This document shows positions 52,366 through 64,000 of a DNA stretch of 64,000 nt, piece by piece (position 1 is the stretch's first letter; every line of letters starts with the position of its first letter). A program made the position numbers and the translations under genes. The DNA comes from Octopus sinensis (taxonomy: Eukaryota). Under the pieces are notes generated by a model. The model did no database searches. It was not told the origin of the DNA and was given only the letters and a program-made list of their open reading frames with translations. The stretch covers positions 28,892,001 to 28,956,000 of the forward strand of contig NC_043001.1 in the NCBI RefSeq assembly GCF_006345805.1, given 5' to 3'.

Positions 52366-55290
52366 CTCTTTCCTCCCCTAACCAGAAGTCCCCTCTCTGC
52401 AGATTAGCTCAATAGCTAGCCTGCAGTGAAGGTCTCTGTCTACAGTTCATTTGTTATGAGTCCATGGGCAATGTCATACACATAGCTTCCCTCAGAACTG
52501 TTGACTGACATTGGAACCAGGAAGGGTTTTCACCACCTGCTTGTGCATATAGTTACTTGACTGTTTGTTGTCAGAGGTTGGTGTAACTTGCCTAGGACGG
52601 CCTTTGTTTGGTGAATGAGCTACTTGAATGTGGCTGTAGACACCGAGACACGCTGGTTTCAGTCTGTCAGTGGAAACTGTGTTTTGTCATCTGCCAACCA
52701 AGAGTTGAAATGACTTGTCTCACTTCATATGGGCCATCATAAGGTGACTGAAGAGGTTTTTATCATGCATCACAACAAACAAACATAAATTTCACATTGT
52801 GGAGGTCATTTGGTACTGATAACCTAGATGTACCATGTGTTGACATGGGACTAGGGTGTAAATGGCCCACACTGTCTCTCAGTTGCATATCTTTTGACAT
52901 CTGGATCTAACTGTGTTTGAAATTAACTCCCCCATCACCATAAGTGGTGCACTGTACGCCAAATTTTGAGGTTTTCTTTGGTGAAGTGCAGGTTCCCAGC
53001 ATCACCCATAAAAGTTGATCAATCTAGTTGGGCCCATTAAGTCTGGTTGTAAGGGATTCCTTCAAGCCATGGCGAAATTTCTCCACTAAGGTGTTGGTCT
53101 GGGGATGGTAGACTGTTGGGTGTTTCATTGTGATGCCAAAAAGTTCACATCATTCCACAGCTTCAAGGTGAACGGAGGTCCATGATTGGATGAAATGCTG
53201 TTTGGAACACTGAAACAGGTGACCCAGTTTGTGATGAAGGCACAGGTAATTTCCTGTATTTCCATGCTGCAGAGAAGTATAGCCTCAAGCCAAAAGTGAA
53301 GCAGTCCACTAAGGTTAGTAAGGATGGGCAACCTTGTGAAGGTGGTAGGGGGCCTTGAGGTCAATGTTGATGTGGCTGAAATCATCCTGTGGGGGTTCAT
53401 TGCTGCCAAGAGATGCTTTGGTATGCTGATGATTTTGGCTTGTTCACAAGGGATACACGTTTTGGTCAACTCCCCAATTTGCTTGATTATACCATGTCAG
53501 ATGAATTTACTTGATATCAGGCAGAGCCCATGAACGACATCAAAAACTTTCCAGCAGCAGGCTAATGGGTCGTGGTTTTCCAGCAGATACGTTGCAAAGT
53601 AGGGTTGTTCCATTGGAGTCAAAGTGCATGTCCTGCAAGGAAAGGAAGGTGATGGTGGTGTGGTAGGCCCTGATTTCATCATCTGTTTGTTGGAATGCAG
53701 CCATAGCCTCATAATCAAGACCTTTTGTTACCGAAGCTATGTAGGTGTCAGAGTAGGTAGGGGCTCTGGAGTGTGCATTAGTGACTGGGTTGATTTTTCC
53801 AGCTGTGTTGAATGTCTGTAGTGTACCCAGAAATGACTGATAACCATCACTGCTGACATGTAGACCATGGCTCTGACAGCTTGCTCATAGCAAAGATGTG
53901 CAGTGGACTGTGAACACTGTGAAAGTTCAATCTTCAAGAAAATATAGTAAAAGTGGCAGACACCTAGCAGTTCCCTATCAAATGTGTTGTATTTCTGTTC
54001 AGGTCACCATAGTTGTCAACTGAAGTAGGCTAGAGGTTGCCACTGGTCATTGATGTATTGTTCCAAAACACCTCCAATGGTTGTCGGAGGTATTGACTGT
54101 GAGTGCAGTCAATGCTAACATATAAGGATAGCAAAGCACAGTTGCTTTAACAAGAGCTTTTTTGTAGATTGAAGGCCGAGGTCATCGCACTGTCTCACTT
54201 CACTTGTCTTCTCATCAGTCTTGCTGTCGAGGGGATGAAACAATGATAACAGTTTACCATGCCCACAAATTGGTGCACAGCCTTGTTTGTGGCAGGGGTG
54301 TAGCATTGGTACCTGTGATTTGATGTCCTAGGAAGTCAATTCCTTAACACCAAAGACACATTAGTGGAGTTGATTACCACACCATATTGTTCAAGTCTAT
54401 CAAAAAGGGTCACTAGATGCTTTTTGTGTAACTCGGCATTTTGGCTTGCAATAAGGATGTCATCTAGGAATGCAAAGACAAAATGAAGACCCATGCACAC
54501 AGTGTCCATCAAGCGTTGGAAGGATTGTGTTGCATTTTCTAGGCCAAAGGGTGCATGTAGAAATTTGTACAACACCAAAAGAGTGATCACAGCAGTTTTA
54601 GGTACATTGTCATCTAGTACTGGTATTTGATGGTAACCTCAGATGAGGTCAACCTTCAAGAAAACTGAGTACCCAGCTATCTGGGTTGAGAATTCCTTTA
54701 TATGCAGAATGAGGTAGCAGTTGGGTGTTTGTTTGCATTGAGACAGCGATAATCTTTGCAAGGCTGCCAACCTCCAGTGGGTTTTGATGCCATGGGTAGA
54801 GGAGACAACCAAGGACTGCTTGATTGGTAAACAATGCCCAAAGCTTCCATATTGTCAAACTCAGCCCTTGCAATATCAAGTGCACTGGAGGGCTGGTAGA
54901 GGAGAGGTGATGTTTCACTCCATGGCAGGTTGTGGGTTTGGAGAATGTCAAGGTAGCGAGATTCGGGTGACACACAATGAGATTCAAGAATTCATTTTCA
55001 ATCTGAGAGATGGCTGCAATGTGAGGAACAGCATGTGCAGATGCTGCAGAGAAACAGTGGCTACGTGTTGCTGTTGATGAGTCCTGAAGATCAACCAGCA
55101 GTGAGTGTGCCCAAAGAAAATCTGCTCCTTATATACGTGTTTCAATTGCAACCCTACTATAAAATAGTGCGTCTCTTCAGGGTCTAATTTGATATCCCTG
55201 GTATGGCTATTTAATGATTTCTTTATAAACTCTGCATTGTATAATTTAGAGCTGTCCATTAAGTCAGATGTGAACAATCTCTATTTCAAG
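52366..55290 (-). pseudogene. pol: Decayed Ty3/gypsy pol (protease end, RT, RNase H, integrase, GPY/F)
   Basis: GADFLWAHSLLVDL, SSSPWLSPL..DYRCLN, PFGLENATQSFQRLMD..FLDDILIAS, CIPCEQAK, ISSNHGPPF, PLQSPYDGPYEV, TDRLKPA; no LTR identified. Confidence 0.9.
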
Positions 55291-55681
55291 TTTTTATTGG
55301 ATAATCATGTTTCAAAATCTTGTATAGTTTAATGATAATTATTCATTTATACTTCACAAATGCAAATTTCCTCATGTGCAAGCATCTCAATGCTTGCTCC
55401 TGTCTAGAATTTATTATTTATTATTATGTGAAGATCTTGTAAAATACTTCTAAACATAGGTCACATCTATGGTTCCAGGTCTGTATGATTTTGCAGTACA
55501 ATTAATTCCCATTTAATCATATAGTCCTTAAAAGACCAGATTAATTTGCTAGGACTCATTTGGAACCTTTTATTTTTGTCTTTAAATGAACTCAAATGAT
55601 TTGCCAGTCTCCTCTTGAAAATTAATAATGTCCCACCGATGTAAAAGAATTCCTTACTCTCAGATATAATTATACATCTAT

Positions 55682-56184
55682 ATCCCCCTAGTCGCCACTC
55701 TGTTTACTATTTCAGCCTCGCCTCGTTTTTGCATATTCTGTATAATTCACTAGTTATCGTTATAGATATTTAAGATCTATCTCCCTTACAGGGCTGATTA
55801 GAAATTGGCGGCCGGTTCTTCGGGGTTTCTCTCCCCTCTTTTTACATTGTCTGTCTGGACTCCTCTTCCTACTCCTCGACATGGCTATGCATACTTAAGC
55901 TAGTAACCTGCCTCACTCTTGATTCCGAATTCCTTTTGCCAAGTCTGTCCGTAAACGAAGTGATCCCAAGATAAGAAATCTTTGAACTTTAATTCATCCG
56001 TATCTCTATTTATTATTATTATTTATTAATTATTATTATTCTGATCCCCCTAGTCGCCACTCTGTTTACTATTTCAGCCTCGCCTCGTTTTTGCATATTC
56101 TGTATAATTCACTAGTTATCGTTATAGATATTTAAGATCTATCTCCCTTACAGGGCTGATTAGAAATTGGCTGCCGGTTCTTCG
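55682..56184 (+). repeat. 141-bp direct repeat, period 362 bp
   Basis: 55682-55822 equals 56044-56184 with 1 mismatch. Confidence 0.92.
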
Positions 56185-57116
56185 CGGCGCGCCCGCCCCG
56201 CCCTACCCACCCCCACCACCAATACCGGATATCTCTATTTTGCTCCAACTATACCGGATGTCGTTTCTCCCACCATTATAGGTGTCTACTCTTTGAACCC
56301 CTCTCTTCAATACGCTATTTCACCATGCATTACCCCTCTCTCGATATCCTACGTCCTACCTCCGCCTCCACCCCTCCCACTGGTGCTCCCCTATATTTCT
56401 GCACCCCCCCACCACCATTATAGGTGTCTACTCTTTGAAGCCCCTCTTCAATACGCTATTTCACCATGCATTACCCCTCTCTCGATATCCTACGTTCTAC
56501 TTGCCTAGAACCTGTCCTCTGAACCACCCCTCCCACTGGTGCTCCCCTAATTTCTGCACCCCCCCACCACCATTATAGGTGTCTACTTTTGAACCCCCTC
56601 TTCAATACGCTATTTCACCATGCATTACCCCTCTCTCGATATCCTACGTTCTACTTGCATATTACCTGTCCTCTGAACCACCCCCCACTGGTGCTCCCCT
56701 ATATTTCTGCACCCCCCCACCACCATTATAGGTGTCTACTCTTTGAACCCCCTCTTCAATACGCTATTTCACCATGCATTACCCCTCTCTCGATATCCTA
56801 CGTTCTACTTGCATATTACCTGTCCTCTGAACCACCCCTCCCACTGGTGCTCCCCTATATTTCTGCACCCCCCCCCATAAAAAAAGCACCATCCGAACGG
56901 CCGATGCCAGACCCCTCTGGCACCTGTGCAGGTGGCACGTAAAAAACACCCACTACACTCGCGGAGTGGTTGGCGTTAGGAAGGGCATCCAGCTGTAGAA
57001 ACACTGCCAGACTAGACTGGAGCCTGGGGCAGTCCCGAGCTCTCCAGACCCCGGTCGAAACCGTCCAACCCGTGCTAGCGCGGAAAACGGACGTTAAACG
57101 ATGATGATGATGATGA

Positions 57117-57120
<4 letters not shown>
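56185..57120 (+). mobile_element. Composite element: GC-rich head, 4 x ~150-bp units, RTE 3' tail
   Basis: Units start 56271, 56413, 56568, 56721; RTE core and (gat)n tail 56880-57120. Confidence 0.85.
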
Positions 57121-57159
<39 letters not shown>

Positions 57160-57162
<3 letters not shown>

Positions 57163-57975
57163 TAGTGTACATTTAAAACACAATGGGAAATTACCAATAA
57201 CAGGCAATTTCTACAAGCTAAGGACAGTCAAAACGACTGAAGACCACAGAAAAGTTTAAGCAATTTCAAAAGGAATGAAAAATAAAAACTTTTACCTTGT
57301 TTTTACAGTTATACCTATAGGTTTCGGGGTTTTTTTTTAGTAAATAAAATAAAATAATTTAATATACAAGGCAAATCCTCTTGAGTAACCGAGCCGTCCA
57401 AGACTAACAAATAATCATGAGACCGATAGCAAGTGTCTCATCTCTATGTGTAATTTTTTCAAAATCACTATGCAAGTGTAGTTTCAGTCGGCAGAAAATC
57501 AAGAATACCGAAACGAACTTTGAAAAGCTAATATCGATACTTAGATATCTATATAGAGTATTAAATTTATACAAATTTATTATCAGTGGCCTAGCATGCA
57601 TAAAAAGTCAATAGACTACATATCATTCAATATGAAATAGTGTACACAAAGAGAAATTGCCTGTTATTGGTAATTTCTCTTTGTGTTTTAAATATACACT
57701 ATTTTATATTGAATAATATGTAATCTATTGACTTTTTATGCATGCTAGGCCACTGGTAATAAATTTGTATAAATTTAATACCCTATATATATATATATAT
57801 ATATATATTCCTTGTTTATATATATATATATATATATAAACAAGGAAAATGCCACTTATATTTGAACACTATAAAAATATTCTTTTAAAAAGACTTTTCT
57901 TTTAATTTTTCTAAATTTAATTATTTAATTGTTACAGTTGAAAAGGTCTCAATGACTGAAACCGGTACTGAAATG
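57160..57975. mobile_element. AT-rich PLE-type terminal remnants with foldback and a degenerate hammerhead
   Basis: 57555-57650 vs 57700-57790 and 57160-57210 vs 57651-57705 are inverted; cag ttgaaaa ggtc-tcaat-gact gaaa ccgg ta ctg at 57935-57970. Confidence 0.5.
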
Positions 57976-58200
57976 TTCTTTATAAAATTATTTTAGCATT
58001 TTCTATCCTGACTTGTTTTTTCATATATACATATACACACATCCATCCATCCATCCATCCATCCATCCATCCATACATACATACATACTTACATACATAC
58101 GTAAATACATGCATACATAATACATACATACATACATACATACACACATACACACATACATACATACATACATACATACATACATACATACATACATACA

Positions 58201-58455
58201 TAACCTCTATTAAGTAATTCAATAGTGAAAGACATTATCCATATTACACAGAAAAATTTTTTTGAATAATATTTATTAAAGTATATTTAAATTTTTTTCT
58301 ATATAATATGGATAATGTCTTTCACCATTGAATTACTTAATAGAGGTTATTTCTCTTAATTACATATATCATATATGATGAAATTTGATTTAGAATTGCT
58401 AAATTGAATTTTTCCCTGTAAGTTTGGAATTATATTCCCTACTATCATTATATAC
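58201..58455. repeat. Foldback (~60-bp arms) plus ttttccctgtaagtttgga element
   Basis: taacctctattaagtaattcaat..ccatatta vs taatatgg..attgaattacttaatagaggtta; homologous to 63810-64000. Confidence 0.8.
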
Positions 58456-58543
58456 ATACATACATACATACATACATACATACATACATACATACATACA
58501 TGCATGCATGCATGCATACATGCATGCATACATACATACATAT

Positions 58544-58599
<56 letters not shown>

Positions 58600-58695
58600 C
58601 CAAACATGAAAACGCAAAGAGAAAACACAACAACGCTAGGATGTGGAACAAGTATAGTGTTATTGGACGCTCAGGAAAGGAAAGAAAGAAGGAGG

Positions 58696-58730
58696 ATTTA
58701 ACGTTTCGAGCAGAGCTCTTCGTCAGAAAC
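58696..58730 (-). ncRNA. Minimal type I hammerhead motif (H1)
   Basis: gttt CTGACGA a gagc-tct-gctc GAAA cg TT aaat. Confidence 0.75.
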
Positions 58731-58801
58731 ATAGAAAAAGGAAAGATCCAAGGATGGCAAATGAAAGACGTAAGATGGAATATACAAGTATTTATTATTA
58801 A

Positions 58802-58848
58802 CCACGACAATTGTTTCGACATACCAAGCATCGATTCCTCATGGGTGG
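58802..58848 (-). ncRNA. Second, degenerate hammerhead motif
   Basis: ccac CC-ATGA g...c GAAA caattg TC gtgg: stem I ccac/gtgg, palindromic stem III, GUC triplet; the core lacks one G. Confidence 0.5.
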
Positions 58849-61174
58849 AACACTCAACAACTCGTTCAGGAGCATCCGGCGGTGCCGATATATCTTGTCG
58901 GGTGATAAATAAATCCAACTCATTAACACAACAGTTCCGCAATGTAACTTCCCGTTTTGTTGAGAGAAAAGCAGCTAGATGGAGGAAATATATAGAAGAT
59001 CAAAAATAAAATCACAGATGGCAAAAAGAAAAACAAACACACAATCCGGCGAGAAAAGTATTAGATATAACCGTTAACAAATATGGATGTATAAACGCCT
59101 TCGGGCAAGCTGCATGGCGCGAGTACACTCGCTCATAGAAGCATCCGCAAAAATGTGAGCTACGCACATGTGAAGTTTGCTGCACTCACGATCACAAAGC
59201 TATCTACTTGGTGTTTGTAAAAATGTAGAGGTTAAAAATAAACTTAAGTCATCCATACCTTAAAATAAATTAAATTATGAAAACGGTTACTCAAAATTCA
59301 TTTCCACTGCATTGTGCGAAAGTACATTTATATACGTGTAGGAATTTCGAGAGTCGTTCAGAAATTCTATTAATGATCTTCTCGTTCATCCACAGAATAG
59401 AAAGGGATTCCTCAGAGCAGAGACGGTATCTCCTGGAAATTATATTCTATGGTTTCGCGTACCTTACTATGGACCAATTTATGCTGTACTTCATTTATCC
59501 TCCTTCAATCGCCATACAAAATCTGCCAAATATGTTGAATGTCTCTTATTGATTGTCTTAAAGCTGGCAACATGGTTATGATAACGATTCTTAAATGAAT
59601 CAGCCGTCTGCTCAGTGCAAACATACGGCCCTCCCCTTCTGTGCACGGTACATTTATATACAAGATTTTTACTCATACAGACATTCACCAAAGGACATTT
59701 TGATTTTTCTCTGCATGCGCATTTATCATATTTATTTGTATATAAGGCAATCCCAACTCCATTTACCGGTGCTGTTAACGTGTTAGCTGTATCATAAGTA
59801 TTTCTACTACCAAAAATTGATCGTAGTTGGTATTTATCCTTGCGGTTTACATCTCCTTGGTTGGTATTTAGATGCAAATGTTCGCTAGATCCAGTAGGTG
59901 GGTTTATTGGACCTTTGCCGCATTTTGATATTGTTTATGCGATGCACAAGCTGCTCTAAATTTGTAATGTTGGCGTAGGACACCTTCACGGCGTGTCGAT
60001 TAAAAATAGCATGATACCGATTAGATTTAGGAAAACATTTGTCCAAAGCAGCAAAACATTTTCCAACGATCTTGGTTGAAACATGCAAACCGAAAATCGG
60101 GTTGAACCAGAGGACATCCTGATTCCTATATCTGTTGTTAGGCTTATTTGATCGAGTGTGTTGTACAGGATTGGAACAAGCAGTTGGATTATTATGTCGC
60201 GTGTGTCTATGAGTTTTCATTGGTAGCACATTGACACGACCAATTCTTCCTGGTCTGTGTTTTTTTTATCTGATTGGGTTCTCAAACCGTGACGTTGTGG
60301 TGGTATGCAATGTATATCACACTTAGAAGAATTACCAATGTTGAGCATGTCAGCTTATTGTATATGTTGAATTTTTTACGGTACCCAGCCCTAGCCAGAG
60401 CAGTATTATAATAAGTTGCATGTGATAAGAAAATTTTATTATTAACGGATAATCTAGAGATTCTTGTAGAAATATTCTTAATTAGTCCCCGTATAATCGA
60501 AGGTGGATGGTTGGATGTTATGTTAATGTACTTAATATGATCATTTGGCTCATGAAATGGTTCAAATAATCCAGTATCAAGACAGAAAGTAGGGTCACTC
60601 TACGATAATCTTTACGTATAGTTAAGATGTTTAGTCCTAAATTTTTGAAAAGTCTTAGTTTTTCCTATGCCTTTCTAACTGTACTTTGCTAAAAAAAAAT
60701 AAGGCGTCATCCCTATATATACCCTCTGTTACTTCTGGAAAGGTAGACTGGATTAATGAAAGGATATATATTCCGACTGGGTCACTGGCTTGAGCAGAAT
60801 CATATGAGCCCATTGCTATATCAAATGCATTCTCCCTATCTAATCTACTTCATAATCTACCATCAAAATCTACTAGAGTGACTCGCGCGGCAAGTATAAT
60901 ATCTGTTTCGCGTCAGGACAAATCGGAATTTTTCATGCTAAAAATCAGGGCTTGATTAAGAACGATCGGTTAATAGTGGCATAATAGCTCACTATATCCA
61001 GTTGCAAGAATTTACTATTCTTACGAATTTCTAGAAGCTTAAACCATCCAAATACCTCTTGGGTATCGGACCAGAGGGCTAATCTAATACGCGCGCGCGC
61101 GTGTGTGTGCGTGTGTAAACGTAATATATTTATGTAAAGAATATACATACATTCAGATATATATACACGAGTAA

Positions 61175-61656
61175 TTATGCATCTTTCCAGGTGCATATTA
61201 CTCAGTTGGCAATAAAATGCAGACAGTTGGCCGGATGGATCCTTCGAACTTTCAAAATGAGAGAACAAGAAATCATGATGGCCCTCTGGAGGACTTTCGT
61301 TCTCAGCTGTCTGAATTACTGCTCGCAACTGTGGTCACCAAACAGTGTAAAATTAATGACAGAACTTGAGGCAATCCAACGAAGCTACACAAAGAACATC
61401 GACTCAATGCGACAAGTCAGCTACTGGGAGAGACAGAAAAAGTTAAGAATCTACTCCCTTAAACGAATGTAGGAAAGATATGCCGTAATATACATCTGGA
61501 AAATCCGAGAACTTGTACCAAACTTTGGCACTGCCAGTTACACAAATAGCAGAATGGGGCGCTACTGCATAATAGCAAAATTTCCAACATTGCTGTCTGG
61601 ACCAGATACTACAATAGTTTGGGCTTAAAGGGCCCACAACTCTTCAATATCTTGTC
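61175..61656 (+). pseudogene. CR1/L2-clade LINE fragment, same family as 47666-48902
   Basis: LAGWILRTF..LWRTFVLSCLNYCSQLWSP..ELEAIQRSYTK. Confidence 0.88.
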
Positions 61657-62251
61657 ATAAAGCTATGAGGATAAAAATAAACCATCTTTTTAACAATGCT
61701 ATTCAATAAAGCCACCTTCAGCTTTAACAACTGCTTCTATATGAGATCTAAATCATCTACATGCTCGAATCAAGTGGTCTTGGTTCATTTTGGACATTAC
61801 TCTGACTATGATAGCTTTCAAAGAATCTTTGCTTTTATGGGCGTGTTCATTGACCTCTCTCTCAACAATGGTCCACATGTAATAGTCCGATGGATTAAAA
61901 TTTAGGGAATTAGGAGGCCAAATGTTAGGGGTTATGTGATCATGAAAAGTTTCACCCATCCTGTGTTACTAGAGTCATGTGGCCTTCCATTGCATACATT
62001 ATCTATCCAGGGCTTAACAATTATTTCCAGGACCTCAGTGTAGGCAGCAGAGTCAACTCTAAGGCTTTGTGGAAAGAAGTATGGAGGCATCACATGTCCT
62101 TCATTGCTGACAACCCCTAAGACCATGACAGTTGCAGGAAATTTTGTATGCATAACACTTGGAACTTCAGAAGGCTCTGCACATAACCATTTGTTATTTC
62201 TTCTGTTAACTTTTTGATCTTGGTCGAAGTTTTTCTCGTTTGAGAAAAACC

Positions 62252-63159
62252 TGTAAGCAACGCTAATTGAAACAAATTCGCAAGCCCAGAAAATATTCGT
62301 TGGGAGTCAACAACAGTTATCCCTCCTGATCGAACATTCTACAATATTCCAGAAATTTCCAGGCAAACATCATTAACTCCCCGCTTGCTAATTTACTACG
62401 CATAACATCAAAATAACACGTAGGAAGTCGCTAGTAGCACACTGCCTATTTAAGCGTGCATTCCTGCTTAAATCAGTCTCTCCTCCAACTGTTGCTCCGA
62501 GACGTGATAAGGTCCACTGCGACCTAGAGAAAACCAGGCACATGAATTCAATACCTGATTTCCTACCAATAGCTCGTCATGGTGCTCTATGTCTAGTGCC
62601 TGTTGAAAGTAAATCTCGTAGCTTGATTTATTTCTATATACTCAAAGTCATCACGGAACATGGCAAGTTGTTCAGAACCTTTCTTCTTCCCAGAAATCTT
62701 TATTGAACATTGTATATTCACTGTACGTGTTCATTTATCACATATCGGAATAAAACCTTGAACATGAAGCTATTCACACAGGATGAGTGTTATTCTCTTT
62801 TGCTGCACAGAGCGTCGGCTGCGGTGTCATTCCGAAAAGCTCTACCTGCGACGATCTCATCTCAATCGAAGGAGAGGAGCTTTCTCCGTCCGGGTTGCGG
62901 ATCCGTGGAACAAGCTGCCAGACGAGATGGTAAAGATGCCGACGACCGCTTTGTTCAAAGCCTCCCTTGACCTCAAGTGGCCTGAACTCTTTACATGAAC
63001 ACCACCCTGTACTTAACTCCATGTCCCCCTACATGGCCTTGCTATTTGCTTTTGAGCCAAATTAACTAACTAACTAACTAAGAGGTATTTCATGGTTATT
63101 GGATTAATGATTCAGTCCAATTATTATTAGCGACATTTTTATTAGCGACTTCCCACGCT
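62252..63159. mobile_element. 908-bp insertion with 7-bp TSD (aaaaacc)
   Basis: TSD at 62245-62251 and 63160-63166; removing it restores the maT reading DLIWFFSNEK. Confidence 0.8.
62810..63081 (+). pseudogene. CR1/L2-clade LINE 3' end with (TAAC)n tail
   Basis: RRRGAFSVRVADPWNKLPDEMV..FKASLD; ttaactaactaactaactaa. Confidence 0.8.
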
Positions 63160-63714
63160 AAAAACCAAATCAAATCTTCTACTGGATTTTTCAGTTTGTT
63201 TAAGAGCCTTTTAGATCTGATGTAGTGGTTTTCTTTTGCTTTTCTGACAAATTGACCTTCCCCCATCATATAAGACTTATATCTGATGGTTTTGTGGACA
63301 ACATTTCTGACTGTTCCTTCTGACACATGGAGATCTTTTGCAATTGATCTCATAAATTTTGGGGATTGTAATCAATGGTCTGTTGAACTTGCTGGATAAA
63401 TTCAGGTGTTTTGATGATTTCAAAGTGTTCAGAATGCCTTTTATGCTTTGATACTGGTGATACATTTTCATCTTCAGTCTCTAGCTCCTTACAAACTTTG
63501 TAGACGAAACTTTTAAAAATCGAGATATTTCTAAATCACTATGCTCAGCCTTTATAATCAGAATAACAGCATGCCTCTTCATTTCTTGAGTAAGCTGAGG
63601 GTCTGCCATTATTACTTTCTGAAACAAGAATTATACAGAATTAGCAAAGAATGCAGCGATGACCCAAAAAAGGTATGTCCTCAAATACCTTACGCACCCT
63701 GTACATACATACAT

Positions 63715-63807
<93 letters not shown>

Positions 63808-63809
63808 AT

Positions 63810-64000
63810 AGGGAATATAATTCCAAACTTACAGGGAAAAATTCAATTTAGCAATTCTAAATCAAATTTCACAATATATAATATATGTATAGAATTTAGA
63901 GAAAAACCTCTATTAAACAATTCAATAGTGAAAGACGTTAATCACACCATATAGAAAAAGTTAAATATATTATAGAAAACATTATTCTAAAAATCAATAG
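63810..64000. repeat. Copy of the 58201-58455 / 34000-34075 family
   Basis: gggaatataattccaaacttacagggaaaaattcaatttagc. Confidence 0.8.

Larger units (their letters stand above)
58596..61085 (-). mobile_element. Decayed Penelope-like element: RT, GIY-YIG, 3' region ending in an H1 hammerhead unit
   Basis: FLQLDIVSYY, FDIAMGSYDSA, YRDD (about 60705-60716), SNHPPSII, VLWFNP, CACREKSKCPL, LVYKCTV, FKNRYHNH. Confidence 0.88.
61660..63701 (-). mobile_element. maT (DD37D-type) transposon, decayed, with nested insert
   Basis: TIR cagggtgcgtaagg with TA at 63702-3; ATG 63609; MRSIAKDLHVSEGTV, LIWF|FSNEK, VMVLGVVS, WPPNSLNFNPSDY, AEGGFIE*. Confidence 0.88.

Noticed and set aside
55682-56184. Direct repeat as the LTR of the adjacent gypsy
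   Set aside because: No TG...CA ends, no PBS, and no matching copy at the other end of pol

Overview
Eukaryotic, AT-rich DNA made almost entirely of transposon debris and microsatellites ((TA)n, (GAT)n, (CATA)n, (TTA)n). The SINE and RTE-tail families look like those of Octopus (recognised from memory, no database search). No host protein-coding exon could be supported; nearly all ORF-track entries are microsatellite or repeat artefacts. Protein-level remnants seen: an RTE LINE 3' end with a PHD-type finger (1-1710), a BovB-like RTE end with two C2H2 fingers, several CR1/L2-clade fragments, an RLE-type LINE end, two Penelope-like elements (PLEs), a decayed Ty3/gypsy pol, three mariner types, two maT (DD37D-like) copies, a hAT fragment and a Helitron-like element. 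The most interesting signals are at RNA level. (1) The RTE 3' UTR is an array of about 61-nt modules, each fitting a compact H-type pseudoknot plus hairpin. (2) Several minimal hammerhead-ribozyme motifs occur in PLE ends and in solo ~200-bp units. (3) A CR1-clade LINE shares its 3' tail, including a non-CpG compensatory stem change, with the dominant SINE. (4) There is a 181-bp loopless palindrome and other foldbacks. (5) A composite non-coding family rides on the RTE tail. Coordinates of decayed repeats are approximate (about +/-20 bp). All RNA structures were folded by eye.
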